From positions 45,429-109,428 of the forward strand of contig JAWOCD010000075.1 in NCBI GenBank assembly GCA_046483985.1: a stretch of DNA of 64,000 nt, given 5' to 3'. Shown piece after piece: positions 1 through 10,187 of this stretch. The stretch's first letter is position 1, and each line of letters begins with the position of its first letter. This DNA comes from Promethearchaeia archaeon. GTDB lineage: Archaea > Asgardarchaeota > Lokiarchaeia > Sigyniarchaeales > SOKP01. Both the position numbers and the translations under genes were made by a program. The notes beneath the pieces are model-generated. The model was not told the origin of the DNA, searched no databases, and saw only the letters and a program-made list of their open reading frames with translations.

Positions 1-22
1 AAAGCTGCAAACCCTCCCTTTT

Positions 23-2050
23 ATGGATGAAAGATTAGATATTGAAGAGAGAGTAAACGATTTTTTAGAGAGGCTAACATTGGAAGAGAAAATATCATTA
101 CTCTCTGGAAAATGGATTTTTTTTTCCGATAGAATTAAAAGGCTCCGTATGCCTTATTTTAAAACAACTGATGGTCCACACGGCGTTGGAAGCGGTGTCT
201 TCTACCTAAAAAAAATGACGTATTTCCCCGTTGCAATCTGCCGAGCTGCTACTTGGAATCCGGATCTCTCCCAACAATTCGGGGTGGCATTAGCACAAGA
301 GACTCGGGCTACTGGAAGACATCTAATATTAGCTCCCGGTATTAATATCATTCGAACCCCGCTTTGTGGTCGGAATTTTGAATATCAGACGGAGGATCCT
401 TTTTTAAATAAAAAGTTAGCGGTTGAGGTGGTTAAAGGCATTCAAAGTCAAAAGATCGGCGCTTGTGTAAAACATTTTGCAGCAAATAACCAAGAATACA
501 AGCGATTTGAAATAAGTTGCGAAGTAAGTGAACGGGCACTAGAAGAGATTTATTTCCCCGCTTTCGAAGCCACCGTACGAGAGGTCGATGTGTGGTCCTT
601 TATGGCATGTTATAACCGATTAAATGGGACTTTTGGATGCGAACATGTTGAACTTTTAAGGGAGAAATTGATGAAGCAATGGGGATTTAGCGGATTTGTT
701 GTGTCTGATTGGTTTGCTACACGGGATACTAACACTGTTGAATGTTTAAAAGCTGGACTTAGTTTAGAAATGCCAAAAGCAATCTGCTACAAGGAAAAAA
801 AGGTGAAGAATGCCCTATCAGAAGGTAAGGTTTCGGAGGATACATTTGAAGATAATTTGCGGAGACTCCTTAGAGTGATGTTCCGTGTGGGATTATTTGA
901 CAGTCCATCCTCTGTTCCCGAAGGAAGTCGCAATACTGAAGAGCACCAAAAAGTTGCACGAAAGATCGCAGAAGAAGGGATAATTCTATTAAAGAACCAG
1001 GACGACCTTCTTCCTTTGGATATTAATGCTGTGAATTTAATTGCCATTTTGGGTCCTAATGCGGATAAGAAAATGGCATTTGGGGGAGGAAGTTCTATGG
1101 TCAGAGCAAAATATGAAGTGACCCCGGAAGAAGGACTTAAGAGTAAGTGCGAAGGAATGGTAAATACTACTACAAAAGTGAATGATGTCGATGCTGCGAT
1201 CATTTTTGCTGGCCTAAATCATAAAAAACATAATGATCGGGAAAATAAGGATAGACTTAGATTAGACCTTCCAAAAGAGCAAGTAAAGCTCATCAAAAGA
1301 ACAGTTAAGAAAGTTCCGAAAACTATTGTGGTGCTCATTAATGGAGGTCCCATCTCTATGGACGATTGGCTTGCCGATGTGCCCGCAGTTATCGAAGCAT
1401 GGTATGCTGGGATGGAAGCAGGAAATGTGATTGCAGATGTGATCTTTGGAGATGTAAATCCTTCTGGTAAATTATCGGTAACTTTTCCGAAAAAATTGGC
1501 TGACAGTCCGGCCCACATTCATCCTTGGACTTATCCTGGTATAAGGAATGTGTACCAGAACGGAGATATTGACCTAGAAGCAGATGATTTCCGAGTATAT
1601 TATAATGAGGGTATATTTGTTGGGTATCGTTATTTTGATACTTTCAATGTGGAGCCGATTTTCCCTTTTGGGTATGGTCTTTCTTATACTACCTTTAACT
1701 TCTCTAATCTTTCCCTAAATAAAGAAAAACTGATGGAAGGAGAGGACTTTAATGTGAAAATAGAATTAGAAAATACGGGAAAACGAACAGGTGCTGAAGT
1801 TGTCCAAGTTTATATAAAAGATAAAGAATCCAGCGTAAAGCGCCCTGAAAAAGAATTATGTGGATTCAAAAAAGTCTTTCTTACACCGGGAGAGAAACAA
1901 TCTGTGGAGATTTCTATCGATTCTGAAGCATTAGCATTTTATGATGAGGGGGAACATCAATGGAAAGTAGAAAAAGGGAAATTTCTTATTTTAGTGGGAA
2001 ATTCCTCCCGACATATTAAATTATCACAAGAACTCGAATATATTGGATAA
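23..2050 (+). CDS. GH3 beta-glucosidase (BglX-like, Fn3-like C-terminus)
   Basis: GH3 motifs TDGPHG, RNFEY, KHFAAN, VSDWF (nucleophile Asp), AWYAG, YNEGIFVGYRYFD, FPFGYGLSYT. Confidence 0.95.
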   Translation: MDERLDIEERVNDFLERLTLEEKISLLSGKWIFFSDRIKRLRMPYFKTTDGPHGVGSGVFYLKKMTYFPVAICRAATWNPDLSQQFGVALAQETRATGRHLILAPGINIIRTPLCGRNFEYQTEDPFLNKKLAVEVVKGIQSQKIGACVKHFAANNQEYKRFEISCEVSERALEEIYFPAFEATVREVDVWSFMACYNRLNGTFGCEHVELLREKLMKQWGFSGFVVSDWFATRDTNTVECLKAGLSLEMPKAICYKEKKVKNALSEGKVSEDTFEDNLRRLLRVMFRVGLFDSPSSVPEGSRNTEEHQKVARKIAEEGIILLKNQDDLLPLDINAVNLIAILGPNADKKMAFGGGSSMVRAKYEVTPEEGLKSKCEGMVNTTTKVNDVDAAIIFAGLNHKKHNDRENKDRLRLDLPKEQVKLIKRTVKKVPKTIVVLINGGPISMDDWLADVPAVIEAWYAGMEAGNVIADVIFGDVNPSGKLSVTFPKKLADSPAHIHPWTYPGIRNVYQNGDIDLEADDFRVYYNEGIFVGYRYFDTFNVEPIFPFGYGLSYTTFNFSNLSLNKEKLMEGEDFNVKIELENTGKRTGAEVVQVYIKDKESSVKRPEKELCGFKKVFLTPGEKQSVEISIDSEALAFYDEGEHQWKVEKGKFLILVGNSSRHIKLSQELEYIG

Positions 2051-2517
2051 AAAATATCATTTTTTTAACTTTTCTTTCTTCTTTGACTAAGTGTTATATT
2101 TTTTGTAAGGAGATAAAAATAAAATCACCTCTTTTCCTTCGTTCTCTAAAAAGGTAAACACGGCTATTTGCACCATTTTTATAACAAGAAGTTTAAGGAA
2201 CTCTCTGAATCTGGGAATAATCTCCTTAAGAAGGAGATTCTACTGGGTCAGTTGGAGACACAATTTTCGGGCGAAGATCGAATGGTTTTAAGAAGAAGTT
2301 AGAGTTTGATCATACAAAAAATATAACAATAGTCTCTTCTTTATTGAGATTTGGAAAACCCCTGATAAACATAATAGAATATATTTTTCTTCTTAAGATT
2401 CTAATATAATGGGGATTTCTCGCCTATATTCGTAAAATTTTTATGATTTCCTATATTTTGATATATACTAAAGTATATTTTATATTCATGGAAAACACAT
2501 TAAAGTGAAAATTTCAA

Positions 2518-4797
2518 ATGGTTAAGGTAAAAAATCCACAAGAAATCGCCGAAATGGTTACTGCTGGGTCATATAAGAAAAAACGTCTGTTTTCGATCGT
2601 TGCGCATATTGATTGCTGAATGAATGTCTCATTTAGCCAATAACATGGCAAAACGACGGCAACGGACTATTTAATGCGAAGAGCAGGGCTTATGCGTCCC
2701 GAAGATGCGGGAGAGCTCCAAATGACAGACTCAGATGAAGAAGAACAAGCAAGAGGGATTACGATCTTTACTTCCGTGGTGTTACTTGCGTTTAATGATC
2801 CACGGGAAGAAGAAGGGGTAGAACCTTATATTTTCCAAATAAACGATACACCGGGTCACATCTCATTTACTGGGGAAGTTTCCAGAGCACTTAGAAGCAG
2901 TGATGGAGCGTTGATCTTAGTTGACGCTCTTGAAGGAGTGATGACCCAAACAGAGACGAATATTAATCTTGCTGTTGGAGAGGAATTATGTAAACCTGTT
3001 TTATTTATTAATAAAGTTGATAGGTTAATCTCTGAAATCAAACTTTCACCTCAAGAAACATATGATAAAATTGATGAAATAACAAAACAAGTTAATGAAT
3101 TGATTAGAAAAGTCAGACCTGAATGGTCAGATTGGGGAGTCGAATTTGCAGAAAATTCCGTTGCCATCGGTTCTGCAAAAGATGGATGGGGCTTCACTTA
3201 TGAAATCCTAAAAGAGAACGATTATACACCTGTGAAAGTTTTTGAAAAATATGAGGAAGGAGATATCCAATGGTTAAGAGAAAATCTCCCGTTGGATGAA
3301 CCGATGTTGAGAATGGTAGTTGATCATTTACCAGATCCAGTTACAGCCTCGAAATACAGGATACCTGAAATTTGGCAAGGGGATTTAGATTCTGAACTAG
3401 GGCAAGCATTACAGAAAAGTGATCCAAACGGGCCATTATATGGGATTATTTCCAAAATTTTCTTAGATCCTGCACAAAATTACCGAGCAACCTTAATAGG
3501 AAGGATATTTTCGGGTACAATGGACGAATCGGACACTTTATATCTGCTGAACAGTCGAAAGAAAAGTAGAATAAAACGGTTAGGCGTAATGGAAATAACA
3601 GATATTTTAAATATCAAAGAAATACCAGCAGGGAATATTTTTGCAATGTATGGTCCGATGTGTCCATCCGGGGAAACTTTTGTGGATAACGTTGGGCTTG
3701 CTAAGGACAAAGATAATATTGATGAGATTCCTTCCTTTGAAAATATTAATTATGCGTGCAAAGCAGTAGTTTCTCGAAGCATTAAACCCAAAAATCCGCA
3801 TGATATCGCAAAGTTAGGACAAGTGGTAAAGAAATGGTTAATGGCGGATCCAACCGCAGAGTTTACGATGGACAAGGATTCTAAGGAGTTTATCCTTTCT
3901 GGAATTGATCCTCTGCAGATTGATATCCTTACCAAACGAATTAACAACCAAGTGGAGATCAATATCGGAGAGCCTATTATTGTATACAGAGAACGAATTA
4001 CAAACAAAAGTGCCACGTTTCATACTAAATCTTCAAACGGTCATAACAGAATTCAACTGTATATTGAACCCTTAGATGAAAAGACTCTTGACCTTCTGGA
4101 GTCGGGAAAAATTACCGACTTAATGAACGAAGATGAAAGAGCCGAATTATTGAGAGACGTTGGATGGGACAAAAAAGAAGCAAAGAGAGTGGTAGATGTC
4201 TACAAGGGTAATCTCTTAGTAAACGCCACGAAGGGGTTACAAAGATTTGACCGAGTGAAAAGCTACTTATCTGGCGCTTTCCGTGATTGGTGTGAAAATT
4301 GTATTTTAGCGAAAGAACCTGCTTTAGGACTGCGTTTAGTATTTACGGATTTAACCATTCACGAGGACCCGGCACACACCGGGTATAATCAAATAGCAAG
4401 CATGAGTTATGCTGCTTTTTCCCTTGCAATGATGGATGCAGATCCACATCTTTATGAACCTATCCAGAAAATTGATATTAAAACTCCCTCTGGCACAGAT
4501 CCTGGTGTATTAGCCGTCATAAATAAGCATCGTGGAAGAGTTAATAATGTTGTACCCGATGGAGAATATGTCCGAATCAGCGGACAATTACCCGCCTCGG
4601 AAACCGTTGGTATTGCCGATGAAATTCGAGGATCTACTCAAGGACGTGCCTTTTTTGGATATGAATTTCTCGGATTTGAACGCGTTCCAGCCTCAATAGA
4701 GCCAGACTTGATCCTAGAAATTCGCAAGCGAAAAGGTCTTAAAGTCGAGCTTCCTGATGTTTCCTCATGGCACCGATTTCTCTATAGAAAAACATAA
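2518..4797 (+). CDS. fusA: Translation elongation factor 2 family protein (aEF-2 or paralog), split gene: exon1 2518-2613, exon2 2644-4797, 749 aa after removing the insert
   Basis: ATG at 2518 is in frame with the 2674 ORF; joined exons give G1 AHIDHGKTT; RGITI, DTPGH, NKVDR, YRE, NGHNRI, HEDPAHTG and TQGRA motifs follow. Confidence 0.93.
2614..2643 (+). other. 30-nt bulge-helix-bulge (archaeal tRNA-type) intron candidate in the EF-2 mRNA
   Basis: Insert TGCTGAATGAATGTCTCATTTAGCCAATAA has in-frame TGA and TAA; 4-bp helix ATTG(2608-11)/CAAT(2638-41), 3-nt bulges ATT(2612-14) and AAC(2642-44), 9-bp inner stem; cuts after the 2nd bulge nt restore GAT|CAT (D|H). Confidence 0.88.
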
Positions 4798-4904
4798 ACA
4801 ATTTTTATTAACTTCTTTTTCAGAAATTGTTTGTAAAATTTTTCGTTTATTTTTTTCTTTTTGTTTATTATCCATATTTTGCCTACTAAAGAAAAAGAGT
4901 AACA

Positions 4905-5615
4905 TCACAACCCTAAGACTTGTTTTAATTCCCTTGTATTCTTCAAAACTAAATCTGGATTATATTCTCTTATTTTTTCTTCAGAAGCTAATCCTGAGCT
5001 CATACATATAATTTTAACATCAGCAGATTTCCCGGCTTGAATATCTGTAACCATATCGCCAATAAAAATTGCTTTAGAAGGGACAATTTCCCATTTTTTG
5101 AGGATTAGCTGAATTCCCTCGGGACTTGGTTTAACCTCACTTACTTCATTAAAACCGATAATTAAGTTAAAATATTTTTTTAAATCATATTTTTCAAGAA
5201 CTTCTTCTGCATGGGTATTTTTGTTATTCGTTAAAACAGCCAACCTTATCCCATCATCAGCTAATGATGAAATAATATTATCAATCTCTGGATATAACGT
5301 GGCATCTTCTTTATATTCATTGAATTGGTTAAATAAATAAATCCCAACGCGCAATTTTTTGAAATAACTTAACCCTTCTAAGAATTCTACTTTTAATAGA
5401 TCATAGGATTTGAGAATTATCTTAGGGACGGGATAATGTTGTAATTCTTCGATTAAATGAGCCACTTCTTGAAGCACATCTTCAATATCCACATCAATCT
5501 GATACTTTTCTACGGTATCCTCAACAGCTTGTTGAATTGCATTAGTAATATTAAATATTACTCCATCCAAATCAAAAATAATTCCCGAGTAATTAGTAAG
5601 TTCTAGTTTATCCAT
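4905..5615 (-). CDS. HAD-superfamily hydrolase (phosphoglycolate phosphatase-like)
   Basis: IFDLDG motif I, LTN, KPSPEG, IGDMVTDIQAG. Confidence 0.9.
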   Translation of the reverse strand: MDKLELTNYSGIIFDLDGVIFNITNAIQQAVEDTVEKYQIDVDIEDVLQEVAHLIEELQHYPVPKIILKSYDLLKVEFLEGLSYFKKLRVGIYLFNQFNEYKEDATLYPEIDNIISSLADDGIRLAVLTNNKNTHAEEVLEKYDLKKYFNLIIGFNEVSEVKPSPEGIQLILKKWEIVPSKAIFIGDMVTDIQAGKSADVKIICMSSGLASEEKIREYNPDLVLKNTRELKQVLGL

Positions 5616-5738
5616 ATAAAATCATCTAATAAAAATATAAAATTTCAAATTAATTTTATGATAAATATAAAATATAAAGCAAAAATAGGAAACTAATAAC
5701 AAAATTAATTAATTTGTAACGTCTTCAAAGTGATAGGA

Positions 5739-6611
5739 ATGTCTGAAAAGAAAAAACAAAAGAATATAGAAGAGGCGGAGAATACAGATGATACAGAATT
5801 TGATGATTATCAGAATTATATTAGTGAAATGGAGGAATTGGGTTCAGATTTTTCTGATCTTGATGATTTAGATCTTGAAGAAATAGAAGAGATGAGAGAA
5901 GCGGTTGAAAAAGTTCAAGATGGAGAAATCCCAGATCAACCCAAAGTGAAAAGGGCAGCAGATCCAGAGGTAAATAGTCTTATAGGGGATAAGGATCATT
6001 TATTTGAGGATTTCTCTGATTTAGAAGCAATCGATTTCGACGAACTAAGAGAGATGAAGGAAGCTATTGAAGTGGTAAAAGAGAAAGATACGGAACAAGT
6101 CTCAAAAGATTCCCAAGGATCTGAGCCTGCTTCAGAAAGCATTTCCGAGGAACTCGAAAAACGCATAGAAGAGGAGTTGGATAATAAGAAAGAGGAAAAA
6201 GAAGAGGAGGTCATGACCCCAGAGAACTTTCTTGAGTATCTCAAGAAAAAAAGAGATAAAATCTGGTATCATGCTCTTTATTTCTTGGCTTTTGAGGTAA
6301 ATGACCATACCGCCTCAAAAGAATTATTATATAAGACACTGAAAGAAGATACCAGTAAAAGTGCAATTGATACTATTCCCAAGCATCAATTTTTCTTCGG
6401 ATTGGGCTATATTCTTCGACTTACCTTAAATAAGAAAAAAATTATCCGATATCAGTCTGGAAGTAAGTTTAAAATTAATATTAATATTGAAACTATCCAA
6501 GATATATTAAAACAAGCAGGAGAACCAATTAATCGTCGTCCAAAGATTCCCGAGGATAAAAAGAAGGAAATGTTTAAGGATTTTTTAAAGGATGATTTTT
6601 CAGACATTTAA
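5739..6611 (+). CDS. Hypothetical protein, acidic N-terminal repeats plus folded C-terminal domain
   Basis: Long ORF; ATG at 5739 (GTG 5730 alternative); two DFSDL..D..E..EM.EA.E.V repeats. Confidence 0.75.
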   Translation: MSEKKKQKNIEEAENTDDTEFDDYQNYISEMEELGSDFSDLDDLDLEEIEEMREAVEKVQDGEIPDQPKVKRAADPEVNSLIGDKDHLFEDFSDLEAIDFDELREMKEAIEVVKEKDTEQVSKDSQGSEPASESISEELEKRIEEELDNKKEEKEEEVMTPENFLEYLKKKRDKIWYHALYFLAFEVNDHTASKELLYKTLKEDTSKSAIDTIPKHQFFFGLGYILRLTLNKKKIIRYQSGSKFKININIETIQDILKQAGEPINRRPKIPEDKKKEMFKDFLKDDFSDI

Positions 6612-6635
6612 TAGATCATAATTCACTGCACATAT

Positions 6636-7271
6636 TTGGTTCTTATGGATGACGAGAAATATTTACTTATTATCGGCAACTCAAATGTAGGAAAATCCTC
6701 AATCACAAGGCTTTTACTCCCCCATCCTAAGCGATTTAAAGGAAAAACAGGAAAAAGTCCTGGCAGCACTTTGCAGATAAAACCCATTTTTCAGCATGGC
6801 ATGTCATATAAAATTGTTGATCTGCCGGGATTTGGATATATGCGTCATTCAAGCAAGAGGAGAGAAGATCATCTTAAGAAGCAGATTGTGGTCCATATTG
6901 AAAAAAAACATCATCGCTATTTTTTTGCCCTTGTGGTGATCAATATTCTGCGTATCGAAGATGAATTGGAAAAATACCATTATCTAAATCAAAAAACAAT
7001 TCCTTTATCGTTTGAATTAATTAACTTTTTGCGCGAGTTTCAAATTCCCTTACTGGTCATAATGAATAAAATAGATAAACTTAATAATTTCCATGTGAGA
7101 CGGAGAATTCGCCTTTTTGTGAATACAGCCACCCAATATGGTTTAAATCTCCTTCATCTAGATGAATATCGTCACGAAGACGAAATAATTCCATATCTAG
7201 AATTCTCTGCCCTCAATAAAACGAATTTGGGAAAACTTAAGAAAGAACTCCACTATCGATTAACCCATTGA
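6636..7271 (+). CDS. engB: EngB/YihA-family GTP-binding protein
   Basis: GNSNVGKSS, PGST, DLPGFGY, NKID, SAL motifs; start could be ATG 6645. Confidence 0.85.
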   Translation: MVLMDDEKYLLIIGNSNVGKSSITRLLLPHPKRFKGKTGKSPGSTLQIKPIFQHGMSYKIVDLPGFGYMRHSSKRREDHLKKQIVVHIEKKHHRYFFALVVINILRIEDELEKYHYLNQKTIPLSFELINFLREFQIPLLVIMNKIDKLNNFHVRRRIRLFVNTATQYGLNLLHLDEYRHEDEIIPYLEFSALNKTNLGKLKKELHYRLTH

Positions 7272-7425
7272 TTTAGAATTAATGCATTAATTGATAAAAT
7301 CATCTTTTTTCTTCGGAGAACACTAAGATAATAAAAAAGTTTTATATATATTCCCTCTTTTAAAAATTAGTAAGGTTCCTTTTGTATAAAAATAATAGAA
7401 TAACCTTAGAGGAAGAAAAGGATAC

Positions 7426-8667
7426 GTGACTAAGTATATTATCTTAATTTGTGACGGTGGGGCAGATTGGCCCATTGAAGAATTGGGAAATAAAACTATT
7501 TTTGAAGCCGCAAAGTTACCACATTTGGATTGGATTGCCACACACGGAAAAATGGGGATGTTAAAGACGATCCCGGAAGGAATGGCCCCGGGGAGTGAAT
7601 GTGCAAACATGACAATCATGGGATATCGCCCAGAAAAGGATTTAACGGGGCGAGGGCCACTTGAAGCGTTAAGTGCTAAAGTACCATTAAACGATACCGA
7701 TTTAGCTTTTCGGTGTAATTTTATTACCATAAAAAAAGGGATAATTGCTGATTATTCTTCTGGCCATATTAGTTCAGAAGAGTCAAAACCCATAATCGCT
7801 TCACTCCAATCAAAATTACATGATGAAGGGGTAGATTTTTTTCATGGTGTTCAATATAGACATATCTTGCGACTGGACGGGGAAAGATTTTCTGCCAATA
7901 TGGAACTGACCCCTCCTCACGATCAGTTAGGAGAACCGTATAGACAATTCTTGCCCCGCCCCCTAGATCCAGATAATGGAAAAGCAGTGAAAACGGCGGC
8001 TTATCTTCGAAAACTTATAGAAAAAAGCCATGCTATCCTTGTAGATCATGAAATCAACAAAAAAAGACAAGCGGAAAATAAAGAAATGGCAACCCATATT
8101 TGGCCATGGAGCGGGGGAAAAAAACCCACCATTGAACCATTTGAACAAAAATTTGGGCTGAAAGGATCAGTAATTTCTGCAGTAGACTTAATTTTTGGCT
8201 TAGGTATTGCCGCTGGAATGGATCCAATTCATGTGAAAGGTGCAACAGGATTGCCAAATACTAATTATTCGGGGAAGGTTTCTGCGGCGCTCAATGAATT
8301 AAGACAGAAAGATTTGGTCTACTTACATATAGAAGCCACCGATGAAATGGGTCATACTGGTATTCCACAAAAGAAGATAGCAGCGATTAAAGCCTTTGAT
8401 CAATATATCGTTAAACCATTTATAGATGCTGAAGAAGAATTTAATAACCAGCTGGTTATTGCCGTGTTACCCGACCATCCGACCCCGTGCAAAATTAGAA
8501 CCCACTCACGGGAACCCGTTCCCTTTGCAATCTATAATCCGGAAGATAACTCTAAAAACTTAAAACAACGTAACTATACAGAAGAAGCTGGAAAAAAAGG
8601 GGAATATGGACTTATTCCTGATGGAGAACTGTTTATGCGGCTATTTTTAGGAAAAGAGGAAAAATAG
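7426..8667 (+). CDS. apgM: Cofactor-independent phosphoglycerate mutase (archaeal type)
   Basis: DGGAD, PGS, GRGPLEA, DEMGH, DHPTP, HSREPVP motifs. Confidence 0.92.
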   Translation: MTKYIILICDGGADWPIEELGNKTIFEAAKLPHLDWIATHGKMGMLKTIPEGMAPGSECANMTIMGYRPEKDLTGRGPLEALSAKVPLNDTDLAFRCNFITIKKGIIADYSSGHISSEESKPIIASLQSKLHDEGVDFFHGVQYRHILRLDGERFSANMELTPPHDQLGEPYRQFLPRPLDPDNGKAVKTAAYLRKLIEKSHAILVDHEINKKRQAENKEMATHIWPWSGGKKPTIEPFEQKFGLKGSVISAVDLIFGLGIAAGMDPIHVKGATGLPNTNYSGKVSAALNELRQKDLVYLHIEATDEMGHTGIPQKKIAAIKAFDQYIVKPFIDAEEEFNNQLVIAVLPDHPTPCKIRTHSREPVPFAIYNPEDNSKNLKQRNYTEEAGKKGEYGLIPDGELFMRLFLGKEEK

Positions 8668-8677
8668 ACAAAAAAGG

Positions 8678-9967
8678 TTAGATTTCTGTGATTGTAGGAT
8701 CCTTCTGTTTATCCCAATTAACCGCAAAAAGAAAGTCTCTACTTACTTCATTTTCATAAATTAAGGGAAAATTACTGACTTCTTCTACTTTTTTGGCGTA
8801 ATTTTTCAGATCATCGTAATCAGGAAAATAATAACTCGCCGGCTTTCCGGATTTTAATCTCTTATTAATACGTAGGGCTTTTGCTTGGAGCGTAAACCCT
8901 TTTATTTCAAGGAAATTGGGATTTGCTTTTTTGATTATTTTAACATATTCTTCAATATTTTTTTCTTTTATATTAAGATTTTTTACTGCTGTTAGCCTGA
9001 TCAATGTTCGACAGGGGAGTGTTTCGACTAAGTCCATTGTTTTCATAATTTTATTCCATCCCTCTTTTATCTTTGGACGGCACACTTTTTTATATTGTTT
9101 TTCATTGGATGCTGGCAGTGATATGTATAATTGAGATGGATAACTCTCCATTTGTTCGATTTTTTCCGGAAGAGTTCCATTAGTAACTATAAATGTTGTC
9201 ATATCTCTATTTCTGAACTCCTTAACCAAGCTGGAAATATGGGGATACAAATAAGGCTCCCCATCCAAGGAAATCGCTGCATGGTTTGGTCTCATTGCCT
9301 CTGAATGTATTTCCATTATCTCATCGGGGCTTGTTAACTCTCTGTTCATTAACAATTCTATTTCATGTCTATCATCAATACTGTCCACAATATCTTCATC
9401 TAAAACATAATACTCATAATTCTTATCAACTGGTTTAATAAATCTCTGGTTTTTGAGAAGATTAAGAGCTCTATTTATTTTAGTTTTGCTTGTATGTATA
9501 TACTTCGATAATGAATCTATATTTTGTTTGCTTTTATTAATTATCATATAATGAATTATATCTATCATGATTTCATAATTATCAAGAAATCTTTTCAAGG
9601 GTAAATGGTTTTGGATTAAATTTTTTTGATGCCTTATCATTTCTTTTACGAGGTACTTTGGATCATCTGGTTCCACGGAGAATTCATTGCCTATAGTTTT
9701 ATTCTCAACATCCCTCCAACAAAAGACACACTGATGGTTGCAAAACGCAAGGCTGGGTGTATTTTGTAAGCATCGATGGCTTTCTACCCCGAATACTCCT
9801 TTATAACAATTACGGTTGTCTCTTCCGGTTAATAATTTTTGTTCAAGCCAATGACATGGCTTTATTGCGGAATGGTGTTCTTTTCCGACTATTCGATAAT
9901 TTGACTTTGTATAATCTTTAATGAACTCATTCGTAATTTTATGATTCTTGATATATTTTCTATTCAT
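8678..9967 (-). CDS. taw1: 4-demethylwyosine synthase (radical SAM Tyw1/Taw1) with internal insertion
   Basis: HSAIKPCHW, CYK, SHRCLQ, CNHQCVFCWR (Cx3Cx2C), AISLDGEP, TNGTLP, LYISL. Confidence 0.92.
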   Translation of the reverse strand: MNRKYIKNHKITNEFIKDYTKSNYRIVGKEHHSAIKPCHWLEQKLLTGRDNRNCYKGVFGVESHRCLQNTPSLAFCNHQCVFCWRDVENKTIGNEFSVEPDDPKYLVKEMIRHQKNLIQNHLPLKRFLDNYEIMIDIIHYMIINKSKQNIDSLSKYIHTSKTKINRALNLLKNQRFIKPVDKNYEYYVLDEDIVDSIDDRHEIELLMNRELTSPDEIMEIHSEAMRPNHAAISLDGEPYLYPHISSLVKEFRNRDMTTFIVTNGTLPEKIEQMESYPSQLYISLPASNEKQYKKVCRPKIKEGWNKIMKTMDLVETLPCRTLIRLTAVKNLNIKEKNIEEYVKIIKKANPNFLEIKGFTLQAKALRINKRLKSGKPASYYFPDYDDLKNYAKKVEEVSNFPLIYENEVSRDFLFAVNWDKQKDPTITEI

Positions 9968-10187
9968 GGAAAAGCCCGCCAGATTGATAACAATTCATAT
10001 CTCCAAATAGTCTTTATAATATAATGAATTTTGTCTTTATACATTAAATTTGTTCTTAAAAATTATAAGTTCGGACGTTCCTTAAAAGCAAACTTATAAA
10101 TTATAACATTATATCTCTAAAATATCAAGAAGATCAGAGTTTGAAAAATTAATTTAAACTTCATAAATTATCTTCTTATGATTACAA

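Noticed and set aside
787-1518. Antisense and alternative-frame ORFs overlapping long genes (here and throughout the track)
   Set aside because: Shadow ORFs of well-supported genes, with no motifs.
2150-2302. Open stretch KGKHGYLHHF...RRS and hairpin AATCTCCTT/AAGGAGATT in the bgl-EF2 spacer
   Set aside because: No convincing start or recognisable family; at most a gene remnant.
2614-2643. Selenocysteine readthrough, intein or simple pseudogenisation as explanations of the EF-2 insert
   Set aside because: A second in-frame stop (TAA) excludes Sec readthrough. Ten codons with stops cannot be an intein even though the first is Cys. The exact BHB geometry and the intact remaining 717 codons argue against random decay.
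2674-4797. ORF-track EF-2 start at 2674
   Set aside because: It would lack the essential G1 motif, which is encoded upstream in the same frame.
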